Of a stretch of 64,000 bases of DNA, positions 44,125-54,345 are shown one piece after another. The notes under the pieces are model-generated. The model saw only the letters and a list, made by a program, of their open reading frames with translations, did no database searches and was not told the DNA's origin. The first letter of the stretch is position 1, and each line of letters opens with the position of its first letter. Location of the stretch: the IMG/VR virus record IMGVR_UViG_3300027733_000039, positions 1 to 64,000 of that record. One strand, written 5' to 3'. The stretch comes from a virus. Made by a program: the position numbers and the translations under genes.

Positions 44125-44292
44125 GTGAAGAAACTTATTAATGAACTGCATAGCCTTGCTTGGACACTCAGCGGAACGGGCATGGTTTTAATTACCCTTA
44201 GTGGACAAACCCTTAAATGGGGTATTTGGATTTCTATTGCTTCTTTGGCAGTACATCTTGCTGGAGCACTCTTAAAGGGTGACGAATCATAG
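44125..44292 (+). CDS. Small two-TM protein (55 aa, not in the ORF track)
   Basis: AGGAG RBS; LAWTLSGTGMVLITLSG...GIWISIASLAVHL. Confidence 0.65.
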   Translation: MKKLINELHSLAWTLSGTGMVLITLSGQTLKWGIWISIASLAVHLAGALLKGDES

Positions 44293-44306
44293 AGTAAACT
44301 AAGTGT

Positions 44307-45014
44307 ATGGCCCATACCGTTAACTACAACATCACTCGTGGGCTTCCATGGGAACGACTCATTATCCTCAAGGATAGGCGCACTCACAGACAAATTAAAC
44401 CCACTGAGGCTCGTTCTTTTATCCAGACTACTGGCTTGTCTAAAAAAGAATTAACTGTTGATTTAACAAGCGAAAATGGCATTATGTTGTCGCTAAGTGC
44501 CGAAGAAACCCAGGATCTACCGTTGGGAGAACTTTCCTATGATGTTCTTGCAACTATCAATGAAGTTCAGAGACCAGTAGCAAAGGGTACAATCGTTGTA
44601 TCGGCTCTTGACAATATTACTCCGTGGGAGGATTCACAAGCAATGGAAATCCGCTTTAAGCAACGTGTGGACTTCCGCCGCACTTTCACATGGAAAGATG
44701 CTGATGGAGACATACTCACCGTACAGAACGCCTACATGCAGGCAAAGAACACCGCAGGTGTTACTGTCCTAGACCTTCGTTGGTATGCGTCCACCCCTTC
44801 AGAAGCCACCGTTATTGCTCTTCCAGTAGAGCGACGTGGTTATCTTGCCCCGATTGCTGGTGGAACACTAGAAATGCACATCTCAGATAAAAACACAGTG
44901 TCTGCGGGTGCTTACAACTTTGACTTGTTTGTTCAGGACTCCGCTGGAGACTGGGACTGCTTGGCGAGTGGGACGGTCGTTGTAGAGGCTGCTATCTCTG
45001 CACCGCCTGCATGA
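44307..45014 (+). CDS. Virion structural protein, two tandem BppU-like beta domains (tentative)
   Basis: LSLSAEET..L...YDV...GTI and YNFDL...GTV; TAAACT-N6-ATG. Confidence 0.6.
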   Translation: MAHTVNYNITRGLPWERLIILKDRRTHRQIKPTEARSFIQTTGLSKKELTVDLTSENGIMLSLSAEETQDLPLGELSYDVLATINEVQRPVAKGTIVVSALDNITPWEDSQAMEIRFKQRVDFRRTFTWKDADGDILTVQNAYMQAKNTAGVTVLDLRWYASTPSEATVIALPVERRGYLAPIAGGTLEMHISDKNTVSAGAYNFDLFVQDSAGDWDCLASGTVVVEAAISAPPA

Positions 45015-45439
45015 GCACAAAAACCGTTGAGGTAACTAAGCAACCGAACAAGTACGTTACGGTTACACAGAAAAAGACAGTCTCTGTCGTAACTGAACCT
45101 GCTGATCAAGTACTTGAAGTCCATGATCCAGGTGTTGCGGGTCCTCCTAATGTTCTCAGCATTGGCACAGTCACCACAGGTACGGCAAGTGCAAACATTA
45201 CGGGTATTGCCCCAAACCAAGTCCTTAATCTTGTTTACCCCGTAGCGGCTAGGCACATTCATACACAGGGTGCTGCTGCTACAACTTGGACAATCACACA
45301 TGCTTTGGGTGGTTACCCGTCTATTACAGTCGTTGATAGTGGTAAAACTGTTGTATTTGGGGAAGTAAATTATGTTTCTACCGCACAAGTTGTAGTAAAC
45401 TTTACATCAGCGTTCTCTGGTTTCGCATACCTCACGTAA
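45011..45439 (+). CDS. Tail-associated protein
   Basis: HTQ.AAATTWTITHALG.YPSITVVDS...FSGFAYL. Confidence 0.7.
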   Translation: MSTKTVEVTKQPNKYVTVTQKKTVSVVTEPADQVLEVHDPGVAGPPNVLSIGTVTTGTASANITGIAPNQVLNLVYPVAARHIHTQGAAATTWTITHALGGYPSITVVDSGKTVVFGEVNYVSTAQVVVNFTSAFSGFAYLT

Positions 45440-45448
45440 GGAAGTTCA

Positions 45449-46741
45449 ATGGCTCAAAAGTTTCTAACTAATATTGACCTCAACCAGAATCAACTGGTTA
45501 ACGCCAAATTTGAGGTTCTGGGCACTGACCCGTCAAGTAGCAACTTTGAAGGCCGCCTCATCTATAACAGTACCGAAGACACCATCAAGGTGTACTCAGG
45601 TAGCGCATGGCGCAAAATGCTCCACGCCGTGCAATCCAGTGGTACATATGCCACTGCTCTTACTGTCAGTGAATCTAATGGCACAGTAAGCCTTACCTTA
45701 AACCTTGCTGACACCAGCAACGCAGGTTTGTTGTCTACCACTTTCTGGCAGATGCTTACAGATGCAACTGATGCTGCAACTGCTTCCAAGTTGGCAAAAC
45801 GTGATGGTAACGGCAACATCAGTGTTGCTGCCCCAACTGCTGATGGACATGCTGCAACTAAACTATATGTAGACGCAGCCCGTACTGGTCTTGATGTTAA
45901 AGCCTCTGTAAGAGTAGCCACCACAGTTGCTGGAACTTTGAGTTCAAGTTTTGTTAATGGTTCTGTTGTTGATGGTGTAACTCTAGTAACTGGTGACCGT
46001 ATCTTGATCAAGGATCAAGTATCAGGTTCTGAGAATGGTATCTACACTGTTAATGCTTCAGGGTCACCAACCCGTGCAACCGACTGTGATGCTTCTGTTG
46101 AAGTTACAGCAGGATTTTTTACATTTGTTGCTGAGGGTACAGCATACGCAGATAGTGGTTGGGTACTTACAACTAACGATACTATCGTTCTTGGAACTAC
46201 ATCCCTTGCTTTTGCTCAATTCTCTGGTGCTGGTCAAGTTATTGCAGGTACTGGTCTTACTAAGACTGGAAACTCTCTTGACGTTATTGGCACTACTAAC
46301 CGCATTACAGCAAATGCCGACAGCATTGACATTGCTTCTACATATGTTGGTCAGTCAAGCATTACAACACTTGGCACAATTACCACAGGTGTTTGGAACG
46401 GTACAGATGTTGCTGTTACAGACGGTGGTACTGGTGCATCTACTGAAGCGGTTGCTCGCACTAACTTGGCATCGGCTTCAGGTGAAGCATCAGGTCGCAC
46501 AACTAGCACTCCTTCCCTTGCTCGTACAGCAAAACAGGGTTGTGCCGCCAGCATTGCAGGAGTTTCAACTACCACTGTTACTCACAACTTTAGTACAACT
46601 GATGTAAACGTAGGAATTTATGAAGTATCAACTGGTGCAACCGTTATTGGTGATGTAACCCGTTCTAATAGCAACACACTCTCAGTGGTGCTTTATGGGA
46701 CTATTGCCGCTAACGACTACACCATTGTTGTAGTAGGTTAA
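45449..46741 (+). CDS. Tail fibre / collar-like structural protein
   Basis: HAATKLYVD, VKASVRVATT, GDRILIKDQ...ENGIY, YVGQSSITTLGTI. Confidence 0.8.
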   Translation: MAQKFLTNIDLNQNQLVNAKFEVLGTDPSSSNFEGRLIYNSTEDTIKVYSGSAWRKMLHAVQSSGTYATALTVSESNGTVSLTLNLADTSNAGLLSTTFWQMLTDATDAATASKLAKRDGNGNISVAAPTADGHAATKLYVDAARTGLDVKASVRVATTVAGTLSSSFVNGSVVDGVTLVTGDRILIKDQVSGSENGIYTVNASGSPTRATDCDASVEVTAGFFTFVAEGTAYADSGWVLTTNDTIVLGTTSLAFAQFSGAGQVIAGTGLTKTGNSLDVIGTTNRITANADSIDIASTYVGQSSITTLGTITTGVWNGTDVAVTDGGTGASTEAVARTNLASASGEASGRTTSTPSLARTAKQGCAASIAGVSTTTVTHNFSTTDVNVGIYEVSTGATVIGDVTRSNSNTLSVVLYGTIAANDYTIVVVG

Positions 46742-46789
46742 GAATTAAATAGACCTTGCGGGGTCACAACATAGGAAGCGATTGAGGTC

Positions 46790-48046
46790 GTGGCACAGAA
46801 ATTTACAGTACCTATTACTGTCAAGCAACTTGTTTCTGCTGGTTCTGATGCCGTAACCGTTTTTGTTGATGCTGATACCCAGGCTCGCTTAAAGATTGAA
46901 GCAGGTGGTCGTCTTACTTGGGGTTCAGGTGCTTCTGCTGGTGACGTAAACCTCTATCGTGATTCTGCTGACGTCTTAAAAACAGACGACACTCTCAAAG
47001 TTCCTACTCTTTTTGTAGACAACATTGAGATTGATACCACAGGTGCAGCCCTCAATGACATCTTAGTATTTAATGGTACTAAATTTGGATCTGCCTCAGC
47101 ATCTTTTGGTGGTGGAGCAAGCCTCAAAGTTGCAGCAACTGCTCCAGCATCCCCAAACTCTGGTGATCTTTGGTTTAACTCAACAACACTAGAAACATAC
47201 ATTTATTATGATGGTGGTTGGCTCCAAGCAAGTGGTGAGCCAGATCTTGTAGAAGACTTAACTGATCTTTCTGATGTTGTTCTTACAACTCCAGTTAATG
47301 GTCAATTCTTAAAGTTTGATGGAACTCGCTGGATTAACGGAACTATTCCAACCATTAATACCTTGGATGACATTGGTGACGTTTCTGTAGCATCACCATC
47401 GTCTGGGCAATTCTTAAAGTGGAACGGTAGTGCTTGGGTTGCTGAAACCATTATTGGAGGCGCAACTATCTCTGATACAGCCCCTGCATCACCTTTGGCT
47501 GGTCAACTATGGTTCCAGTCAACTAATGGTAAAACATTTGTTTACTATGACTCATCTTGGATTGAAGTCGGTGGAATTGGTACAGGCGCACGAATGGTGT
47601 CTAGTTCTTCCGCACCAGCCTCTCCACTTGAAGGAAGTATGTGGTTTAATACCAATACTGCCCAAACATTTGTTTATTACGATTCTTCGTGGATTGAAAT
47701 CGGTGCATCGGGCGTAACTGCCAGTGTGCAGGATTCCGCCCCAGCATCACCTGTTTCTGGACAAATCTGGTTTAACTCCCTCACGGGTGGTACATATGTC
47801 TATTACGGAACTACATGGGTAGAAGTTGGCGCTTCACCTTTTAGCGCTCTCGTAAACACTATTAATGCTAAAGGTGACCTTCTTGTAGGAACCGCAGATA
47901 ACACCATTGGTGGGCTTACAGCAGGTTCAGCCAATCAGGTTCTTACTGTAGATTCTTCTACAGCAACTGGTCTAAAATGGGCTACCCCAACAACATATGC
48001 AACAACAGGAAAGGCAATTGCAATGGCAATTGTATTCGGAGGATAG
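46790..48046 (+). CDS. Tail fibre protein with repeats
   Basis: Four APASP..G.LWF.S....YYD..W repeats; L.DL.DV....GQFLK repeats; GKAIAMAIVFG end. Confidence 0.8.
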   Translation: MAQKFTVPITVKQLVSAGSDAVTVFVDADTQARLKIEAGGRLTWGSGASAGDVNLYRDSADVLKTDDTLKVPTLFVDNIEIDTTGAALNDILVFNGTKFGSASASFGGGASLKVAATAPASPNSGDLWFNSTTLETYIYYDGGWLQASGEPDLVEDLTDLSDVVLTTPVNGQFLKFDGTRWINGTIPTINTLDDIGDVSVASPSSGQFLKWNGSAWVAETIIGGATISDTAPASPLAGQLWFQSTNGKTFVYYDSSWIEVGGIGTGARMVSSSSAPASPLEGSMWFNTNTAQTFVYYDSSWIEIGASGVTASVQDSAPASPVSGQIWFNSLTGGTYVYYGTTWVEVGASPFSALVNTINAKGDLLVGTADNTIGGLTAGSANQVLTVDSSTATGLKWATPTTYATTGKAIAMAIVFGG

Positions 48047-48049
48047 ATT

Positions 48050-48403
48050 ATGGCAGCACCAAACATTGTAGGAGTAGCAACAATCACAGGCAAGACAGCA
48101 GTTCTTGCACTTACCGCTTCGGCAGTTGCAATTGTTACAAACTCAGCAGCCAGTGGACAAGTCTACAAAGTCAACTCATTGTATGTTGCTAACGTAGATG
48201 GTGCTACTGCTTTCACGGTAACTATTGATTTGTTTCGTTCATCTACGGCTTATCGTCTTGCCTATCAAGTATCGGTACCTGCGGGCGCAACACTAGATGT
48301 TTTGTCTAAAGCAATCTATCTTGAAGAAGGTGACTCTATTAGGGCACTTGGTAGCACAACTCTTAAATTAGAGGCTATTTGTTCTTACGAGGTGATTAGT
48401 TAA
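48050..48403 (+). CDS. Small beta-sandwich virion protein
   Basis: VANVDG, IYLEEGDSI; precedes a Gly-rich gene. Confidence 0.7.
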   Translation: MAAPNIVGVATITGKTAVLALTASAVAIVTNSAASGQVYKVNSLYVANVDGATAFTVTIDLFRSSTAYRLAYQVSVPAGATLDVLSKAIYLEEGDSIRALGSTTLKLEAICSYEVIS

Positions 48404-49188
48404 TGGCTAGAGGTAACGGTGGATTTCTAGGAGCAAAGAAGGTTATCAGTAATTCTGCTGCGTCTGGTTTTTACACTTTTGCTGATGCTCAAAGGGAAAG
48501 AGGAGCAAGTAACTGGCCCACACCGCCTCTTCCTCTTACATATCTAGTTCTTGGTGGAGGTGGTGGTGGTTCTGGTGGAACAAGCAGCGTCAACTATGGT
48601 TCTGGTGGTGCTGGAGGAACCATTCGCACTGGTTCTGCTAATGCTCTCTTTGGAACCCAATACACGATTACTGTTGGTGGTGGGGGTGCTTCTTCTATTA
48701 CAAATGCTTCCTCTGGTGAATCTTCAAGTGCTTTTGGCATTACTGCTACAGGGGGTGGTGGTTCTGGACAAGGCATGACTGGTGGAAGTAACGCCGATTA
48801 CTCAGGTGGTAACGGCGGGTTCTATGGTGGTAGTGGTGCTGGTTCGGGCGGCAACGGAAGTGGTGGGTCTGGCGGTTCTTCTACTGATTCGTCAATTTCT
48901 GGAAGTACGGTTTCCTATGGCGGCGGTGGCGGTTCTCAGTTTGGTAGTAGCGGTGGTGGAGGCGGAGCCATCGTGACGTATGGCTCCTCTGGTGCTGCCA
49001 ACCGAGGCGGTGGCGGTAGTGGTGGTCAAGCCAACGGGTCAAATGGTTCTGGCGGTTCTGGTGTGGTGATTATTCGTTACCTAGACACATTCTCATTAGC
49101 AACATCAACTACTGGTTCACCAACGATAACAACAACAGGTGGCTACAGGATATATACTTTTACTGCATCAGGCAGCATAACCTTCTAA
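48403..49188 (+). CDS. Gly-rich-domain virion protein 1
   Basis: YLVLGGGGGG...GGSGVVIIRY...YTFTASG. Confidence 0.8.
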   Translation: MARGNGGFLGAKKVISNSAASGFYTFADAQRERGASNWPTPPLPLTYLVLGGGGGGSGGTSSVNYGSGGAGGTIRTGSANALFGTQYTITVGGGGASSITNASSGESSSAFGITATGGGGSGQGMTGGSNADYSGGNGGFYGGSGAGSGGNGSGGSGGSSTDSSISGSTVSYGGGGGSQFGSSGGGGGAIVTYGSSGAANRGGGGSGGQANGSNGSGGSGVVIIRYLDTFSLATSTTGSPTITTTGGYRIYTFTASGSITF

Positions 49189-49200
49189 GGAGAAATAAAC

Positions 49201-49569
49201 ATGGCACATTTTGCTGAAATTGGCGAAGACAACATTGTATTGCGAGTCATCGTGGTATCTAATGATGATTGCAAAGATGGCGCAGGAAGCGAATCAGAGG
49301 CTGTAGGCGCTGAATTCTGTCGTAATCTGTTGGGTGGAACGTGGAAGCAGACCTCGTACAACGGCACCATTCGTGCTCGCTATGCAGGTATTGGTTACAA
49401 GTATGATTCCGCTCTAAATGCGTACATCGCCCCTAAACCTTTCCCTTCTTGGACTCTTAACGAAGACACCACTGAATGGGAAGCACCAGTTGCTCGTCCA
49501 GCAGAGGGTATGTACAGTTGGGACGAAGAAGAGCAAGAGTGGGTGGAAATCGTTATTCCTTCGGAATAA
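49201..49569 (+). CDS. Tail-fibre-associated/assembly-like protein
   Basis: MAHFAEI, WKQTSYN, PKPFPSW, Y.WDE...W. Confidence 0.75.
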   Translation: MAHFAEIGEDNIVLRVIVVSNDDCKDGAGSESEAVGAEFCRNLLGGTWKQTSYNGTIRARYAGIGYKYDSALNAYIAPKPFPSWTLNEDTTEWEAPVARPAEGMYSWDEEEQEWVEIVIPSE

Positions 49570-49572
49570 TAG

Positions 49573-50763
49573 ATGTCCCTTACTTTTCCCGCCTCTCCAA
49601 GCGTTGGTGATACCTACACTGTAGGTGCACGTACTTGGACATGGTCAGGAACAATTTGGGAAATCACAGGAACTGTTGCGGCGGCTGGTTCTATTGGAAC
49701 TACTGAACTAGCGGCAAGTGCGGTAACAGCCGCCAAAATTGCCGACAGTACAATAACTTCAGCCAAACTTGCTTCTACTGTCCCTGTAGTTACGGTCTGT
49801 ACTTCGTCAACAAAACCTGCATCACCTTTTACAGGTCAAACGATTTTTGAGACTGATACCAATCTCATGAAAGTCTATATAACAGGTGGTTGGAGCAACG
49901 GTACATCACATTTCCGAAGTCTTTCTGTTGACTATCTTGTTGTCGCAGGTGGCGGAGGCGGCGGTCATGGTTATCCACCTGGCAGTAGCACCGATGGATA
50001 TGGTGGCGGCGGAGGCGGTGGTGGACTACGAAGCACAGTAGCGGCGACTAGCAATAGTGGAACATTAGAAGCAGCATTAGCACTTACGCCTGCAACTTAT
50101 ACAGTTACGGTTGGTGCTGGTGGTGCTGGTGGCAATATCTCCAATGGTTCCAATGGTCAAAACTCAGTATTTTCGTCTATTACAGCAACGGGTGGCGGTG
50201 GTGGCGGTGCAGGTGGAACAGCAGCAAACTCTAGTGTCGGCTTAAACGGCGGTTCGGGTGGCGGTGGCGGTGGTCGTGGCGCAAAGGCTGGTGGAACGGG
50301 AATTAGTGGACAAGGCAATAACGGTGGCGCTTCACTTGCTGGAGATGGTTATTACGGCGGTGGCGGCGGTGGCGGTTCGTCTGCCGCTGGTACAGGTTCT
50401 GTGGCATATGTTGGTGGCGCAGGTGGTAGTGGAACAACAAATTCAATAACTGGTTCTTCTGTTGTTTACGGTGGTGGCGGTGGAGGTTCATCTTTAACTG
50501 GTGGTGCTGCGGGTTCGGGTGGTGGAACAGCAGGCACCAGTGGTATAGGGAACTCAAGTTCTGCTTCAGCAAACACTGGTGGTGGTTCGGGTGGTGGCGG
50601 TGGCGGAACTGGACCAACTGGGGCTGGTGGTTCAGGCGTAGTAATTGTTCGTTACCTAACCGCAGACGCTACTGGTTTAACAATTACAGGCGGAACCGCA
50701 ACAACCTCTGGCTCGTACACAGTTCGTACATTTACTGCATCAGGAAGCCTAGTAATATCTTAG
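49573..50763 (+). CDS. Gly-rich-domain virion protein 2
   Basis: FPASP head, CTSSTKPASPFTGQTIFETDT module, Gly-rich domain. Confidence 0.8.
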   Translation: MSLTFPASPSVGDTYTVGARTWTWSGTIWEITGTVAAAGSIGTTELAASAVTAAKIADSTITSAKLASTVPVVTVCTSSTKPASPFTGQTIFETDTNLMKVYITGGWSNGTSHFRSLSVDYLVVAGGGGGGHGYPPGSSTDGYGGGGGGGGLRSTVAATSNSGTLEAALALTPATYTVTVGAGGAGGNISNGSNGQNSVFSSITATGGGGGGAGGTAANSSVGLNGGSGGGGGGRGAKAGGTGISGQGNNGGASLAGDGYYGGGGGGGSSAAGTGSVAYVGGAGGSGTTNSITGSSVVYGGGGGGSSLTGGAAGSGGGTAGTSGIGNSSSASANTGGGSGGGGGGTGPTGAGGSGVVIVRYLTADATGLTITGGTATTSGSYTVRTFTASGSLVIS

Positions 50764-50764
50764 T

Positions 50765-52144
50765 ATGGCTATAGATTTTCCAAACTCACCAGCCACAAAT
50801 GATTCTTTCACGTCAGGTGGAAAGAAGTGGATCTTTAACGGCACCACTTGGAACCTCATTACTGCTAACTCTTATACTATTCCTACAAGTGAAGTAACAG
50901 CGGCAAAAATTGCTTCTAATGCTGTTACTGAGGTAAAGATTAACGATGGGGCAGTAACCCAAGCCAAACTTGCTTCTGGTCTTTCAGGAATTACGGTTAC
51001 TACTACGGCTAACCGCTCGGCTGTTATCCCGTCACCTTTTGCTGGTCAATTCATTTTCCTCACTGACACAAGCCAACTACAACGATGGGACGGTAGTGCT
51101 TGGGTTGTTGCTATTACTACAGTGCCAACAGGTGCACCTACGTCTGTAGCAGTCTCAGGTTCACCTACATCTAGCACGGTCACACTTACGTTTTCTGCTG
51201 GTGGTGATGGTGGTTCAGCAATCACCAACTACCAATATGCTCTTTCCACGAATGCTGGCTCAACATACGGTTCATACACGGCACTTTCTCCCGCCGATGG
51301 AACTAGTCCGATAACAATTACGGGTCTTGCCCTAGGCACAACTTACTACGTAAAACTTAAAGCAGTAAACGCTTTGGGTGCTGGTACATCAGAATCCTCT
51401 GCTATTTCCTTTACTACGTCAAGCCTTTCTGTTGATTATATTGTCGTTGCGGGTGGAGGTGGTGCTGGCGGAAACCGTGGTGGTGGAGGCGGCGCAGGCG
51501 GAATGTTGGTATACACAAACCAAAGTGCTTCTGTTGGAACCTATGCTTTTGTTGTCGGCGGCGGAGGTGGTGGACAAACATCTGGAGTTGAGTCCGTACA
51601 AGGGCAAAGTTCTTCTGCTTTTGGAAATACCGCTACTGGTGGAGGTAGGGGCGGTGGCAACTTGGGTGGTTCTAGCAATGGCGGTTCAGGCGGTTCGGGT
51701 GGCGGTGGCGGTTCCAATAATGGCGCTACTGGTGGTGCTGGTACGGCTGGTCAGGGCAATAGTGGAGGAAGTTCTGATGGCGGTGGCGGTGGCGGCGGAG
51801 GAAAAACTGGTGCTGGTGCAAATAGCGTTGGTGGTTTAGGTGCTGGCGGTGCTGGTTTGGCTAGTTCAATAACTGGTTCATCTGTCACTTACGCTACTGG
51901 CGGAATAGGCGGTGCTTCTGGAGATAGTTCAAATCCTGCTGTCAATGGTACTGCAAACACTGGCAATGGTGGTGTAGGTGGTGCAGGAAACGTAGCAGGT
52001 GGTGTTGGCGGTTCTGGTGTAGTTATTGTCCGTTATTTAACAGCCGATGGTTCAGGTGCCACTATTACAGGTGGCACTGTTACTACATCAGGTTCCTACA
52101 CAGTCCGTACATTCACAGCATCAGGAAGTTTGGTTATCGCATAA
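50765..52144 (+). CDS. Gly-rich-domain virion protein 3 with an FN3 domain
   Basis: MAIDFPNSP; GAPT...DGGSAITNY...TYYVKLKAVN. Confidence 0.8.
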   Translation: MAIDFPNSPATNDSFTSGGKKWIFNGTTWNLITANSYTIPTSEVTAAKIASNAVTEVKINDGAVTQAKLASGLSGITVTTTANRSAVIPSPFAGQFIFLTDTSQLQRWDGSAWVVAITTVPTGAPTSVAVSGSPTSSTVTLTFSAGGDGGSAITNYQYALSTNAGSTYGSYTALSPADGTSPITITGLALGTTYYVKLKAVNALGAGTSESSAISFTTSSLSVDYIVVAGGGGAGGNRGGGGGAGGMLVYTNQSASVGTYAFVVGGGGGGQTSGVESVQGQSSSAFGNTATGGGRGGGNLGGSSNGGSGGSGGGGGSNNGATGGAGTAGQGNSGGSSDGGGGGGGGKTGAGANSVGGLGAGGAGLASSITGSSVTYATGGIGGASGDSSNPAVNGTANTGNGGVGGAGNVAGGVGGSGVVIVRYLTADGSGATITGGTVTTSGSYTVRTFTASGSLVIA

Positions 52145-52458
52145 TGGCTATAGATTTCCCTAACTCACCATCTAACAACGATCAATACACTGTTGGAGCA
52201 ACAACATGGATGTATAACGGCACAGCATGGGTTATCGTCTTAGGCGAATCCTCAATTGCTACGGGTGCAGTAACTACTGATAAAATTGCTACTAACGCTA
52301 TAACGGCGGCAAAATTGGCAACAGGTGCAACTAATGCTTATGTGTTAACGGCGGATTCCACCACCACAGCAGGCGTTAAATGGGCATTTATTCCACCATC
52401 AGGTGGTTTATCTACCAGCACAGAAGGTGCCATAATGACAATGAGTATTGGAGCGTAA
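52144..52458 (+). CDS. Short fibre-like protein
   Basis: MAIDFPNSP head; VLTADS....GVKW. Confidence 0.7.
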   Translation: MAIDFPNSPSNNDQYTVGATTWMYNGTAWVIVLGESSIATGAVTTDKIATNAITAAKLATGATNAYVLTADSTTTAGVKWAFIPPSGGLSTSTEGAIMTMSIGA

Positions 52459-52459
52459 T

Positions 52460-52795
52460 ATGGCATCAGGCGACAGAGCAGAAGCACGTTTAGGCGGCCC
52501 AACACAGTTAGGTACATCCACCACTACCTTATGCACCGTAACAGCGGGTCATACCTATGTAGTGAAACAGATCATCATTTCTAATACAGATACTGTGGAT
52601 CGTAATGTGACTTTGGCTATTGGTTCGGCGGCTACAGGTGCAAACCAAATCATGTCAGCGCTACCTATTGGCGCAAACGATCTCATGGTATGGGATACCG
52701 CCCTCGTTCTTAACACAACGGAGACATTACAAGGTTTATCAGATACAGCATCTAAAGTTACGGTCACGGTAGTCGGCTGGGATAAGACAAACTAA
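52460..52795 (+). CDS. Small beta-sandwich virion protein
   Basis: VVKQIIISNTD; similar in size and role to 48050. Confidence 0.7.
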   Translation: MASGDRAEARLGGPTQLGTSTTTLCTVTAGHTYVVKQIIISNTDTVDRNVTLAIGSAATGANQIMSALPIGANDLMVWDTALVLNTTETLQGLSDTASKVTVTVVGWDKTN

Positions 52796-52798
52796 TCT

Positions 52799-53746
52799 AT
52801 GGGATTCTCTGAAGGTCTCGGCATTGGCTCGTTGAAGCCTGGGGTGTGCACTAGTACTACACGCCCTGCCGCACCCTATGTTGGTCAAACTATCTTTGAG
52901 ACTGATACAAATAAAATGAAAGTGTATTTATCTACTGGTTGGTCTGACGGTACAACACATAGCCGATCTCTTTTTGTTGAGTATCTAGTTATTGCTGGTG
53001 GTGGAGCGGGTGGTAGTAGTTACGGAGGTGGCGGTGGTGCTGGAGGCTACCGTACGAATGTTGTAGGTGCTACCTCTGGTGGTGGTGCTAGTGCCGAAGC
53101 GGCAATGGGGCTTGTTACTGGTACATATACGGTGACTATTGGTGCTGGTGGAGTAGGTAATGCCACAAGTGGTTCTAATTCGGTTTTTTCTACGATTACA
53201 GCACTTGGTGGTGGTTATGGAGGCCCATCCGAAAATAATGGCTTTACTGGAGGTTCTGGTGGTGGAGCGGGTGGAACAGGGAACAGCGGCACTAAAGACT
53301 CTGGATCGGGCACTGCAAATCAAGGTTTTGCTGGTGGTCAAGAATTCCCACAAGATGGGTATGGTCCTGCTGGCGGTGGAGGTGGCGCAGGCGCTGTTGG
53401 TGGAAATGCTTCTTCCCTTACTGGAGGCACTGGCGGTGTTGGTTTAGCAAGTTCAATCACAGGTACAGCAGTAACTCGTGCTGGTGGCGGCGGCGGTGCA
53501 ACTATCAGTGGAACCCAAGGAAGTGGTGGTTCGGGTGGTGGCGGAGCCGCTGTATGGGGTAGTGGTGTTGCGGGTACAGCCAACACTGGTGGTGGCGGTG
53601 GTGGTTCATTGGGGAGCGGTGGTTCAGGTGTCGTTATTGTTCGCTATTTAACGGCAGATGGTTCTGCAACAGGGGGGACCATTACCACATCAGGTTCTTA
53701 TAGAATCCATACTTTCACAGCCTCTGGTAGTTTGGTAGTTGCATGA
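52799..53746 (+). CDS. Gly-rich-domain virion protein 4
   Basis: KPGVCTSTTRPAAPYVGQTIFETDT + Gly-rich domain. Confidence 0.8.
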   Translation: MGFSEGLGIGSLKPGVCTSTTRPAAPYVGQTIFETDTNKMKVYLSTGWSDGTTHSRSLFVEYLVIAGGGAGGSSYGGGGGAGGYRTNVVGATSGGGASAEAAMGLVTGTYTVTIGAGGVGNATSGSNSVFSTITALGGGYGGPSENNGFTGGSGGGAGGTGNSGTKDSGSGTANQGFAGGQEFPQDGYGPAGGGGGAGAVGGNASSLTGGTGGVGLASSITGTAVTRAGGGGGATISGTQGSGGSGGGGAAVWGSGVAGTANTGGGGGGSLGSGGSGVVIVRYLTADGSATGGTITTSGSYRIHTFTASGSLVVA

Positions 53747-54345
53747 CAATCTCAGCAACTTCTAAAGGGCTAAAGAATGGGGTTTGCACCTCATCTAATC
53801 GCCCAGCGAACCCGTTTGACGGCATGGTCATTTATGAAACGGACACCGACAAGATTGCTGTATATGACTCATCGGCTTGGGTGTATAAAACTGGCACTGC
53901 TGCGCCCGTAACTGGATATAAGTTAAATGTTACAGCCACCGCTGGAACATCCATTAGTGATTCTACAGCAACAACAATTTTAAGTGGCTCAGTAACTGTT
54001 GTCCCAGGACGTGTATACCAAGTCTATGGTTCTTGTGCGGCTCAATCTGGAAGCACAATTACATGGAGAGCGCTATGGATTGCCCAATCTAGTTCTGGTT
54101 TTGTTCGGGGACTCTATCAGTCTCCACATACAACTACCGCCAACCTTCCAATTTCTATGCAAGGAACTACAACTTTCCTTGCATCAGATGTTGGTGTAAC
54201 TACGGGTAGTGGCACTGCACTCACTTTTGATTTACGTATGCGAATGAACGGTGGTATCACTGGACTGAATACGAACCCTGATGGCATTATTGGTGCAAAC
54301 TCTTTTCCACAAGTTTTAACAATCATTGATATAGGAGCAATTTAA
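53743..54345 (+). CDS. Virion protein with a GVCTS..RP module and a distinct C-terminal domain
   Basis: GVCTSSNRPANPFDGMVIYETDT; ends IDIG. Confidence 0.75.
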   Translation: MTISATSKGLKNGVCTSSNRPANPFDGMVIYETDTDKIAVYDSSAWVYKTGTAAPVTGYKLNVTATAGTSISDSTATTILSGSVTVVPGRVYQVYGSCAAQSGSTITWRALWIAQSSSGFVRGLYQSPHTTTANLPISMQGTTTFLASDVGVTTGSGTALTFDLRMRMNGGITGLNTNPDGIIGANSFPQVLTIIDIGAI

